Shown here one piece after another: positions 63,865-64,000 of a stretch of DNA of 64,000 nt. The position numbers and the translations under genes are program-made. Source of the stretch: an uncultured Nitrospinota bacterium (GTDB lineage: Bacteria; Tectomicrobia; Entotheonellia; J063; CAVPRW01); assembly GCA_963707985.1 (NCBI GenBank), contig CAVPRW010000041.1:1-64000 (forward strand), given 5' to 3'. The notes under the pieces are model-generated. The model saw only the letters and a list, made by a program, of their open reading frames with translations. It made no database searches and was not told where the DNA came from. The first letter of the stretch is position 1. Every line of letters starts with the position of its first letter.

Positions 63865-64000
63865 GGCGACTCTCCCGAGTGATTGAGGTAGTTCTCGAAT
63901 AGACTAGCCTGCGCAGCATAGCGTGTTTAGCAAACTATGGCAAGTGCGAGGGATACGATCGCTGGGGGCGAGTGCGGAACTTTCCATGGGGCTTGGCCTT

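Noticed and set aside
1..64000. CRISPR arrays, rRNA, intact tRNAs, transposases, integrases or prophage genes
   Set aside because: None recognised by eye; short or diverged elements could have been missed.

Overview
A GC-rich bacterial chromosome segment. The core gene order (tsaB-DUF465-ilvB-ilvN-ilvC-psd-pssA; ccsA-like-hemA-hemC-hemD-hemB; atpZ/I/B/E without atpFHAGDC) resembles Deltaproteobacteria/Nitrospinota/Tectomicrobia-type genomes; this is an inference from gene order only. Positions 1-34 kb are accessory: catabolic enzymes, SbcCD, ChrA, two toxin-antitoxin pairs and a decayed patch at about 8.8-11 kb holding a pseudo-tRNA, an HNH remnant and an AT-rich HEPN-motif fragment that the ORF track misses. 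Positions 37.6-64 kb are housekeeping and respiratory genes. Two candidates for undescribed systems stand out. (1) A tightly coupled vsr - ABC-ATPase/TOPRIM - C5 DNA methyltransferase cassette (34099-37365) with no conventional restriction enzyme. (2) A b6-type cytochrome b / subunit IV / 8-heme cytochrome c operon (54210-59566) with no Rieske gene in the window, containing instead a membrane-anchored Mrr-fold protein whose catalytic motif is degenerate. Many single-base frameshifts, including one in hemB, suggest sequencing or assembly indels, so split genes and apparent fusions need caution. Family assignments are from motif recognition by eye; no searches were run.
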